The notes under the pieces were generated by a model, which did not search any database, had not been told where the DNA came from, and saw nothing but the letters and a program-made list of their open reading frames with translations. A stretch of DNA of 64,000 nt from a virus: IMG/VR virus record IMGVR_UViG_3300045988_159113. One strand, 5' to 3'. Made by a program: the position numbers and the translations under genes. Positions 1-7,476 of this stretch are shown here, one piece after another (positions within the stretch are counted from its first letter, which is position 1; every line of letters begins with the position of its first letter).

Positions 1-582
1 ACTGGCGAAAAGTTTGTAAAAAAAATACAAGAAGAGCAGGCTGGTTATTATTTTTGTCAACTAGAAGCAATAAGAAAAAAAAAAGAAAAGGAAAAATTTA
101 TCTCTTGCTTAAATTCGCAAGAGACAGAACGGCAAAAGAAAAAAGGAGAAAAGCCTTGCTCAGATATATCAGAAAAAGAAGAGCGAAAAGAAGGAAATAA
201 AGAGCAGAAAGAAGAAGAGAAAAAGCCCTCCTCTGACTTATCTAAAACAATATCTCGCTCTTATTTGACAACTCTTCCTGGATTTGAAAGAACACAGCGA
301 AGAAAACCAAGCTCTTATTCTGATTTGTTAAATACTGAAAAATGGAGAAATAAAAGGCTTAAAATTATCAAACGGGATAACTGTCGATGTGTTTATTGTG
401 GCAATAGATTCCATTTGCACGTTCATCACAAATACTATTCAGCATATCCAAATGGGGTTCTTGTTGATCCGTGGAATTATCCAGACGATGCACTCATCAC
501 ATTATGCTCTTATTGTCATCAAAGAGTACATGCACGGAAAAAGATAAAGGTCTACCATAGAAGATATACTGATAATTATTAA
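1..582 (+). CDS. HNH endonuclease-domain protein, 5' partial (N-terminal Lys/Glu-rich region runs off the window)
   Basis: The frame of the listed ORF 265..582 is open back to nt 1 (TGEKFVKKIQEE...). The C-terminal domain reads CRCVYCG...HVHHK...LCSYCHQRVH, a Cys4/His-Me finger pattern. Stop is TAA. Confidence 0.7.
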   Translation, partial: TGEKFVKKIQEEQAGYYFCQLEAIRKKKEKEKFISCLNSQETERQKKKGEKPCSDISEKEERKEGNKEQKEEEKKPSSDLSKTISRSYLTTLPGFERTQRRKPSSYSDLLNTEKWRNKRLKIIKRDNCRCVYCGNRFHLHVHHKYYSAYPNGVLVDPWNYPDDALITLCSYCHQRVHARKKIKVYHRRYTDNY

Positions 583-599
583 CTTTTAAAAATTATAAA

Positions 600-863
600 A
601 TGAAAACAAGAATTGTAGCACTTCTGCTAGCCTGGTTTTGTGGGTTCATAGGATTCCATGATTATTACCTTGACAGAAACCTTGCTGGACAAATTAAAGT
701 GGGGATTTTTATAGCCTCTTTTTTATGTAGTCTTTCATCATTCGAGTTTTTTAATGTTATCAGTGTTATAGGTTTCGCTAGTGTTATTTTATGGACACTT
801 ATCGATTTCTTTAAACTGACATGCTTAACAGATGAAGAATTTAATAAACTTTATAACAAATAA
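600..863 (+). CDS. TM2 domain membrane protein
   Basis: ATG start. ALLLAWFCGFIGFHDYYLDRNLAGQIK matches the TM2 signature (G-x-H-x-FYLG-like) and is followed by a second hydrophobic helix. Confidence 0.7.
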   Translation: MKTRIVALLLAWFCGFIGFHDYYLDRNLAGQIKVGIFIASFLCSLSSFEFFNVISVIGFASVILWTLIDFFKLTCLTDEEFNKLYNK

Positions 864-865
864 AC

Positions 866-1057
866 ATGGAACAATCAAAGGATTATTTGCGTGGATATTC
901 TGACGGTATGGCAGACGCTCAGGAAACTATACTCAACCAGAGTTTGGCTTCAAGGATTAAAATGCTCGCAACAAACACGTTGCTTTTATGCATGTCTATT
1001 TCAATTGTCATATTATTTGGCTCGATTGTGTATCATATAATGAGGGAGATTTTATGA
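866..1057 (+). CDS. small membrane protein
   Basis: 63-aa ORF starting 3 nt after the previous stop, with a C-terminal hydrophobic helix (LLLCMSISIVILFGSIVYHI). Confidence 0.5.
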   Translation: MEQSKDYLRGYSDGMADAQETILNQSLASRIKMLATNTLLLCMSISIVILFGSIVYHIMREIL

Positions 1058-1060
1058 TTT

Positions 1061-1108
1061 GATAGATGCTTCTTGTGTACCTATAATGGTGCACTTGAAG
1101 CATCTATC
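1061..1108 (+). terminator. long intergenic hairpin, possible terminator or attenuator
   Basis: GATAGATGCTTC (1061..1072) pairs perfectly with GAAGCATCTATC (1097..1108). An inner 7-bp stem GTGTACC/GGTGCAC (one G-U pair) surrounds the loop TATAAT. The hairpin is followed by ATTTAATTATATTTT. Confidence 0.45.
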
Positions 1109-1126
1109 ATTTAATTATATTTTACC

Positions 1127-1462
1127 ATGAAAAAAGAAAAAGAAATAATAGAGTTTTTTGAAGGACTCAAACCATTCAAAACAATTGATAACATCCCGAA
1201 TATTCCAATTGTAGAAAGTGAGATATACAACAATTGTATTGTTCCAAATCTGATAAGATGTGGAGCAATACCAAAGGAAAAACTGATTACAGGAAAACGG
1301 TATGAAGGTGCTTGTAGGAATGCAAGCGAAGCAGAATGGGATGGAGAAAAGTTCATATATAAAAGGCATAAATTTGGAGATGTATATGATGAAAATATCA
1401 ATCATTTCCAAGACGATGATGGATATGATTTATTTGTGCCACTAAAAGAAATAGAAAACTAA
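1127..1462 (+). CDS. hypothetical protein
   Basis: Uninterrupted 111-aa ORF in the co-directional operon. No motif recognised. Confidence 0.55.
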   Translation: MKKEKEIIEFFEGLKPFKTIDNIPNIPIVESEIYNNCIVPNLIRCGAIPKEKLITGKRYEGACRNASEAEWDGEKFIYKRHKFGDVYDENINHFQDDDGYDLFVPLKEIEN

Positions 1463-1565
1463 CAGGATAAAAATTCTTATATAAAGAACAATAAATTATT
1501 AAAGATAACACTATAAGATTAAACCATCCGCTAGATATTTTGTCATATATTAAAAGCTTAATAAT

Positions 1566-1916
1566 ATGAAAATAATCTATAACCGGTTTATTCCGTTTAA
1601 GGGATTCATGGCGATCAATCTATTTGGTGTTTTATTTGTCCGTAAGGAATACGAAGATGATATGAACGAGTACGCAGAAGTCAAGAATATTGTAATAAAT
1701 CACGAATCAATCCATACCGCACAAATGCGGGAGCTATGGTTTATAGGGTTTTATCTTATGTATCTTTTCTATTACCTCTTTCTTCTAGCTAAGACAGGAG
1801 ATGCAAAAGCTGCATATCGAAAAATCCCATTCGAGGCTGAAGCGTACGCTAACGAAAGACAAGCTGACTATCTCGCAACACGTGAGAGGTTTGCATTTAA
1901 ACATTACAAAGTATGA
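1566..1916 (+). CDS. small HExxH-motif protein with hydrophobic segments (putative metallopeptidase-like)
   Basis: HESIH motif followed by the hydrophobic stretch LWFIGFYLMYLFYYLFLL. ATGA overlap with the next gene. Confidence 0.45.
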   Translation: MKIIYNRFIPFKGFMAINLFGVLFVRKEYEDDMNEYAEVKNIVINHESIHTAQMRELWFIGFYLMYLFYYLFLLAKTGDAKAAYRKIPFEAEAYANERQADYLATRERFAFKHYKV

Positions 1917-2614
1917 CGAAAATCAAAGTCATGGCACTAAGCGACATGCATGGCATGCTGCCAGACCTTAGAGATCACCCTGTCGATCTTGTACTTATAG
2001 CAGGAGACATAGCGCCGGAATATACGGATTACAACACAGATATCGCGATTTCTTGGTACACTCGCGAATTCTATAGATGGTGTAAGAGCTACGTATCGGC
2101 ACAAAAGGTGTTTTTTATCCTTGGATCGCATGATCATGCACTCGAAAATTTCTATCCTATGTTGTGGGAGACATTCCACAGCAACGAGATGAAAGTTCAA
2201 TTTTTACATAACGAGATCAAGATTTTCAGAAAAGAAGGTCGCGAGTTATCGGTATATGGTACAGAGTATAACCTCAACAATGGCAACCACTCGTTCAGCA
2301 AAACAGATAGAGAACTTAACAAGATCTATATGAAAAACAATGAGTTTGTTGATATAGTCCTAAGTCATGAGGCGCCGTATGGTTTCAGTGATACGAATAA
2401 TCAGACAGAAGCCGCAGGATATCAAGGAGTACATCATGGAAGTCAAGCGTTGAGAAGATACATCCAGAGAATGGAACCCGAGGTGGTAATACATGGAAAA
2501 TATCACTCGGCTACACATTTCAAGGAAAAGCTACAAGATACCGATATCTACAATGTCTGCCTCATGGATGAGAACCATGAGCTGACTTTTAAACCTTTAA
2601 TTTTTGAAATATGA
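1913..2614 (+). CDS. calcineurin-like metallophosphoesterase
   Basis: Motifs LSDMHG, IAGDI, GSHDH, LSHEAP and HGKYH occur in canonical order. Confidence 0.75.
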   Translation: MTKIKVMALSDMHGMLPDLRDHPVDLVLIAGDIAPEYTDYNTDIAISWYTREFYRWCKSYVSAQKVFFILGSHDHALENFYPMLWETFHSNEMKVQFLHNEIKIFRKEGRELSVYGTEYNLNNGNHSFSKTDRELNKIYMKNNEFVDIVLSHEAPYGFSDTNNQTEAAGYQGVHHGSQALRRYIQRMEPEVVIHGKYHSATHFKEKLQDTDIYNVCLMDENHELTFKPLIFEI

Positions 2615-3444
2615 GAATGCATTTTTTTCGTGACCCATTGGTAAACAGCGGAGTTTGGAGTTTTGAACAGAAAAACTTAGGCCCTAGAATAACTGACACA
2701 GAAGCTAGAGCTTATTTTGACCCAACTGGTAATGATGCAAAAATGATTCAGATGTATATGGAAAGTTGTGAAAGAGTCATTCAATGTATGAATAGATTAG
2801 CCGAACGTGAGAAAGCAAAACATGCGGCCAATCCTGAACCTGCAAAGCCAAAATCCGATGCAGAAATAAGAACAAAACAAATGCTGGATAAAATATGCGA
2901 CACTCTTTATGGCAGTCGGCATTCGGATTTTGATAGAGAAGTTTTGAAAAAATATTATGGATATAGCGATCATGATATTGATAAAGCAAGAGAAGAATTG
3001 AACCAAATTCACAATCATATTTCAAACAAACCTTTTGAACAAGAAGCAAAAACAGGAGATGTTGGAACTTTTAATTCTGCAACAGAAACAGGAGATGACG
3101 AACCACGTAGTACTATGATCAAGTCAGATACAGAGGATGTTGTAAATAAGGAGCCAAAAGAAAATATGGATAACTTAGTCGACCATGCCGGTATATGTGC
3201 CGAACTTACAAACACATACAGAAAGAAGAACGCAGATTACGGGAACTCTTTTTCTAGAGCAGTAGAGAAATACGGCCTCGTCTCTGCACTTACAAGAATA
3301 AGCGACAAGTTTAACAGACTCGAAAGTCTTATTCTTCATAAGGAGCAAGAAGTAAAGGATGAATCAGTACAGGATACTCTCCTCGATCTTGCCAACTATT
3401 GCATAATGACAGTAATGGAAATAAGAAAAAATGGAATTAATTGA
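2611..3444 (+). CDS. protein with C-terminal DUF1599-like (MazG-related all-alpha) domain
   Basis: The C-terminal sequence KNADYGNSF...GLVSALTRISDKFNRLESL...DTLLDLANYCIM resembles the DUF1599 pattern as I recall it. ATGA overlap upstream. Confidence 0.5.
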   Translation: MRMHFFRDPLVNSGVWSFEQKNLGPRITDTEARAYFDPTGNDAKMIQMYMESCERVIQCMNRLAEREKAKHAANPEPAKPKSDAEIRTKQMLDKICDTLYGSRHSDFDREVLKKYYGYSDHDIDKAREELNQIHNHISNKPFEQEAKTGDVGTFNSATETGDDEPRSTMIKSDTEDVVNKEPKENMDNLVDHAGICAELTNTYRKKNADYGNSFSRAVEKYGLVSALTRISDKFNRLESLILHKEQEVKDESVQDTLLDLANYCIMTVMEIRKNGIN

Positions 3445-4036
3445 TTTGGGTTTGCCTTCTGGCAATCTATGGTGTGAAATAAACCTGGGAGCTGAGAAGA
3501 TAGGAGAGAATGGTAAATGGGCAGCATGGGGAGGTCTTGAACTCCACGGCGATAAAGAAGTCGAAGAGTTCACTATGTTTTCTAATGATGGCCATGACTA
3601 TAGGCTCGCAGAAAACAACATCATAACAAAATATAATCTGGACGATCATCTTGAAAAGTTAGAACCAGATGATGATATAGCAACGCAACTATTAGGTCCC
3701 GAGTTCTCAATTCCAGGAAAGGATGATTTCCAGGAGTTAATAGAAAATACAGAGTTCAGTATTGCGACATTTAACAATTATAAATGCGCTAAACTGAAAA
3801 GTAAAATAAACAATGCGGAAATATATTTCCCAGTCCCCGGATGGTGCGCTAACGGAAAGGTAGAGTACCCAGGAGAAGGCGGGATCTATATGACGGCTGA
3901 TTTAACACCTAACCCGATGAAAGCCTACGTGGCAGTTGTTGATGGAGGAAACGGAGAAATGGCCATTTCCGGATCTGGTCTCCGTTTGTTAGGTGTACAA
4001 GTTAGAGCAATAAAAAGAAAAGACAATGAAACTTAA
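3431..4036 (+). CDS. FISUMP/DUF1566-like domain protein
   Basis: The N-terminus IDLGLPSGNLWCEINLGAE...AAWGG resembles the Bacteroidetes/Fibrobacter paralogous domain motif (DLGLxxxxLWAxxNLGA...WG). Confidence 0.5.
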   Translation: MELIDLGLPSGNLWCEINLGAEKIGENGKWAAWGGLELHGDKEVEEFTMFSNDGHDYRLAENNIITKYNLDDHLEKLEPDDDIATQLLGPEFSIPGKDDFQELIENTEFSIATFNNYKCAKLKSKINNAEIYFPVPGWCANGKVEYPGEGGIYMTADLTPNPMKAYVAVVDGGNGEMAISGSGLRLLGVQVRAIKRKDNET

Positions 4037-4640
4037 AGTATTTAATGGGTCTGAGGTGTTCTTCACCTCAGATACTCATTTTGACCATGAGGCTATTATC
4101 GGGCTATGCAACCGCCCGTTCACATGTGTCGGGGAGATGAATGCCAAGCTTATCGAAAACTGGAATGCTACAGTCGGACCAGGTGATACAGTGTTCCATC
4201 TTGGTGATTTCTCAATGAAAGGTACGCAGCGAGTGCTGCACATAAGAGAGTACCTAAACGGTAAGATTCACCTGATACTTGGCAATCATGATATTCCAAA
4301 AATAAACCTGGCATCTCCTATACAGGATGCGTTTGAGTCAATAACAGAACAGCAAAGCATCATGATTGACGGCATCAAAATCATATTGAATCATTACCCG
4401 TTCCTCTGTTTTCCTGGACAGTATAATCCGCATATGTGGCAATTGTTCGGGCATGTACATACAAGAGAAAACAACACGGGATGTGATAGGGACAGATTGA
4501 AATATCTTTTCCCTACACAGTATGATGTGGGAGTTGACAATAACGATTACCGACCGGTTAGCTGGGCTGTGGTAAAAGAGAAAATAGAAAAGCAAATAGC
4601 AGAGTATGACAAAGAAAGAAAAGCTGGGAAATGTGGCTAA
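4026..4640 (+). CDS. metallophosphoesterase (second, different subfamily)
   Basis: Motifs FFTSDTHFDHEAII..CNRPF, FHLGDF, LGNHD, LNHYPF and FGHVH. Confidence 0.8.
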   Translation: MKLKVFNGSEVFFTSDTHFDHEAIIGLCNRPFTCVGEMNAKLIENWNATVGPGDTVFHLGDFSMKGTQRVLHIREYLNGKIHLILGNHDIPKINLASPIQDAFESITEQQSIMIDGIKIILNHYPFLCFPGQYNPHMWQLFGHVHTRENNTGCDRDRLKYLFPTQYDVGVDNNDYRPVSWAVVKEKIEKQIAEYDKERKAGKCG

Positions 4641-4785
4641 TATAGCACTCTCAGCTGGAGCGATCGTTTCACTGTTAGCTGGAGCCAAAGCGATAAGCTG
4701 CTTGCTGTTTGGCTTAGTTCTGTTTATGGTAAACACAAAGTGGTTAATATTTAAAATGAAAAATAAACTATGGTGGAAAAAATAA
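4606..4785 (+). CDS. possible 59-aa membrane protein, below the ORF-track cutoff
   Basis: ATG at 4606 to TAA at 4783..4785. Encodes MTKKEKLGNVANIALSAGAIVSLLAGAKAISCLLFGLVLFMVNTKW... with two hydrophobic helices. It overlaps both neighbouring genes. Confidence 0.3.
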   Translation: MTKKEKLGNVANIALSAGAIVSLLAGAKAISCLLFGLVLFMVNTKWLIFKMKNKLWWKK

Positions 4786-5063
4786 AAGAAGCGTTTGGCT
4801 GGCTTATTCTGTTCTTTTTTAATATGCTCGGTGTTGGATGGTCTATTCTTGGAATAGATATTCTGGCAATATCGCAAGCGATTAGCCTTTTGATTGCTAT
4901 GATTTTTTTGATTGTTGGCACATCTACGGGTTATGTTTTAGCTTTTGCTCTTGCAGGGCTTTTTGGTGCTGCGAATATTCTTTCATCACTCGCATTTTTC
5001 GGATTTGTGTTTTACGTCAAAGGTGAGACATTGAAGAAAATAAAAGAGGAATTTTTATGCTAA
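4770..5063 (+). CDS. small multi-pass membrane protein
   Basis: 97 aa and almost entirely hydrophobic, with about three helices. Confidence 0.55.
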   Translation: MVEKIKEAFGWLILFFFNMLGVGWSILGIDILAISQAISLLIAMIFLIVGTSTGYVLAFALAGLFGAANILSSLAFFGFVFYVKGETLKKIKEEFLC

Positions 5064-5066
5064 TAT

Positions 5067-5348
5067 ATGAAAACAATAATAAGAGAGATTGAGATATTGT
5101 TCATGTGTTTTGTTTCCAGTATGACAGGGATCGCGTTTTTTGAAGTAAACGCAAAGTTCATTGGAAGCATTCAGTGTTTCATTTTTATCTTTGGATGGAT
5201 GTGCATTTTAGCCGGATGGAGATTTGAGGAATTGGGAATTTGTCTCTTATTGGTCAACCTGGTAATCGCAGCTATTCACACTTTAATTTTTGAAATTACT
5301 TATATAATAAAAGCGAGAGATGGAAAAGAAAATGTACCAAGTATTTAG
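5067..5348 (+). CDS. small multi-pass membrane protein
   Basis: 93 aa and hydrophobic. It ends in TAG (5346..5348); readthrough would add only 2 codons before a TGA. Confidence 0.5.
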   Translation: MKTIIREIEILFMCFVSSMTGIAFFEVNAKFIGSIQCFIFIFGWMCILAGWRFEELGICLLLVNLVIAAIHTLIFEITYIIKARDGKENVPSI

Positions 5349-5682
5349 TCTTGACATGTCATTCCAGCCATTCGAGACAGAAGAGCACTTGATAGGTGCA
5401 GAATCAGCGGCTGACCTGATAGAGCATTTGCACGACGTGTTCCCTGATCGAACATACATCGTAGAACGCGAGGACTGGATGGAAGACGAGGATTGGGAAG
5501 AAGTGCTTGAAATGGAAGAGTGTGAACCAGGGACAGAAAAAATACAGCCTGGAATTTCAGAGGAAAAAGAAGCGGAAATCAGGGAGTCTATGGAAGGACA
5601 TTTCCCGAGAGTTAAACTTGTCGAGGGATTATTTAGCGATAAGAAATACGTAATTTTATACACAGATTATCATATAGAATAA
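5320..5682 (+). CDS. acidic hypothetical protein
   Basis: 120-aa ORF, strongly Glu/Asp-rich (EREDWMEDEDWEEVLEMEECE). Confidence 0.5.
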   Translation: MEKKMYQVFSLDMSFQPFETEEHLIGAESAADLIEHLHDVFPDRTYIVEREDWMEDEDWEEVLEMEECEPGTEKIQPGISEEKEAEIRESMEGHFPRVKLVEGLFSDKKYVILYTDYHIE

Positions 5683-5683
5683 A

Positions 5684-6445
5684 ATGGAAAGATGTAATAT
5701 GTTTAAGTGCGCAATGGCTTTTCTTTGGAGTTTGTTCATTGCATTTTTTATTTTGCTTTGTCTGGCATCGTGCGAGTATGAAGAAGCGATAACTCCAGAT
5801 AGTGAGGTCGTCCAAATTAAGTTGGATTATAGCTTGCCGTTTACTGCTGGTACAAGAAGTGTTGAAGCACAAGATGTTTATGACGAATATTATGAGCAGC
5901 AAATTTTGACGAGAAAATTAACACCAAAGAATTTTGAGTTAACATTAAACGGATCCGATAAATCTCAATATTCAATTACTGGCATTTGGGGAAAAGATAA
6001 TTCTTTATGTCCAAAAGTTGGCAATTATAAAGTATACGGTAGTAGTAGACCAGCAGATAATCCACTAGTATCAGATACAGTTTCCTTCACATTTAATACT
6101 GAAATTAAAATTTCAAAAAATCAAACTGATATAATTATTCCTGCTACGTATTCAAATTCTTTATTGTTATTTAAGGATGAAAATATTAAGTCGATAAAAG
6201 CAAGAATTAATAAGCATGAAGTTGTAGATAAAGAATTTGAACCTCATAATGGCATATATGGGTTATATGTAAACTGCTCATACGATAGTGATTATTATTC
6301 TTATCAAATAATAATCACATTTGAAAACGGTAAACAATATATAATATATTACAAATCTTGTGGTTTTGAAGTTGGCAAATATTATTATTTTAATTTAGCG
6401 ACAATGGGATTTGATCTCCCTAAAATGGAAAACGGTAATGGTTAA
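5684..6445 (+). CDS. lipoprotein
   Basis: Signal peptide ending in the lipobox LASC, followed by the acidic residues EYEE. The rest looks beta-rich. Confidence 0.65.
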   Translation: MERCNMFKCAMAFLWSLFIAFFILLCLASCEYEEAITPDSEVVQIKLDYSLPFTAGTRSVEAQDVYDEYYEQQILTRKLTPKNFELTLNGSDKSQYSITGIWGKDNSLCPKVGNYKVYGSSRPADNPLVSDTVSFTFNTEIKISKNQTDIIIPATYSNSLLLFKDENIKSIKARINKHEVVDKEFEPHNGIYGLYVNCSYDSDYYSYQIIITFENGKQYIIYYKSCGFEVGKYYYFNLATMGFDLPKMENGNG

Positions 6446-6658
6446 ATGGCACGAAGAATAGTAAAGCATACATACGCAGATGGAAGATCTGAGTATGTAA
6501 TACAAACAAATCGAATTTTTGGATTCATACCTATTCCATGGTGGATAGAAGAATTTGATGAATTTGATACTGGAATATATTATACACTAGACGCAGCGAT
6601 TGACGCTTTGAATTATTCAACACTTGTAAAATCCGAAGTAATAAAAACACGTAAATAG
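6446..6658 (+). CDS. hypothetical protein
   Basis: 70-aa ORF with a TAAATG junction upstream. It ends in TAG (6656..6658), directly before a strong terminator. Confidence 0.5.
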   Translation: MARRIVKHTYADGRSEYVIQTNRIFGFIPIPWWIEEFDEFDTGIYYTLDAAIDALNYSTLVKSEVIKTRK

Positions 6659-6665
6659 AACACAA

Positions 6666-6719
6666 GGGGGTGGTGAGTATCTGGAAAAATCCAGGTATTC
6701 ATCACCCCCTTTTTTTTTT
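6666..6719 (+). terminator. rho-independent terminator of the rightward operon
   Basis: A 19-nt arm GGGGGTGGTGAGTATCTGG pairs with CCAGGTATTCATCACCCCC. The three non-Watson-Crick positions are G-U pairs only in the + strand RNA. Loop is AAAAAT, followed by T10. Confidence 0.8.
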
Positions 6720-6753
6720 AAAAATATTATTATTGTCTAAAATATTAAAAATC

Positions 6754-7434
6754 ATGGGAGATAAAGCAAAGAAAGTAAGAACGAGCATGGCGTCAAGAGG
6801 CCCAAGCTCAAGGTGTAATACTAAACAGTGCGCATAGTTTTCAAATGGTGAATTGAGAGATGCCGGTTTTAAAGTTTACGGTAATGCTTGGAATTTATCC
6901 GGAACAAAAGACGTTATCAATGGATATAGAGAAACAGGCGGCTCAAATGATAAACCATTCAATGAGGCAGAATACAACAAAATGAATGCACAAGCTGCCA
7001 AGTATATATATGATAATCTAAATACTCAAGACTTAGATACCAACAAAGTCTATACTGTGAACATGTTTCACCCTTCAAGTACATTCAAAAAGCGAGCATA
7101 TGATGAAAGCCGAAGAAGAACGTATGGCACACATACAGGTATATTGTCGTATGATCCAGGAACACAAGGTGGACACGGAGCTAGCAAATGGTATGTGACA
7201 CATAATGAAGGCGGACATGTGAAGAGAGAGCCATTTTCTACTATGCAATATTCTGGGAAAAATGGAATTCCAACAACTGGGTCATATGTCACACAGATAT
7301 CAGAACCTCTTGAAAATAGAAATATTTTTGAAAGATTCCTTGACAAATTGAGAAGTATGATTGGATTATATGAAAATGGTGGTAAGATATAGAAAAGAAT
7401 AATTCGTAGGAATTTTTTATATGATTATAAATAA
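6754..7434 (+). CDS. papain-fold (CHAP/NlpC-P60-like) putative cell-wall hydrolase; needs TAG readthrough
   Basis: ATG at 6754. There is an in-frame TAG at 6835..6837 inside CNTKQCA[TAG]FSNGELRDAGF, a Cys-motif typical of CHAP/NlpC enzymes. A His motif GTHTGIL lies downstream. The TAG at 7390..7392 would be read through to TAA at 7432..7434, just before the terminator hairpin. Confidence 0.55.
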
Positions 7435-7438
7435 GAAA

Positions 7439-7476
7439 AGGACAAGTAGGAGAATATCCTATTTGTCCTTTTTTTT
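7439..7476. terminator. bidirectional terminator between the convergent arms
   Basis: AAGGACAAGTAGGA pairs with TCCTATTTGTCCTT (14 bp, one G-U pair), loop GAATA. A T8 run follows on the + side and a T-rich tract follows on the - side. Confidence 0.7.
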
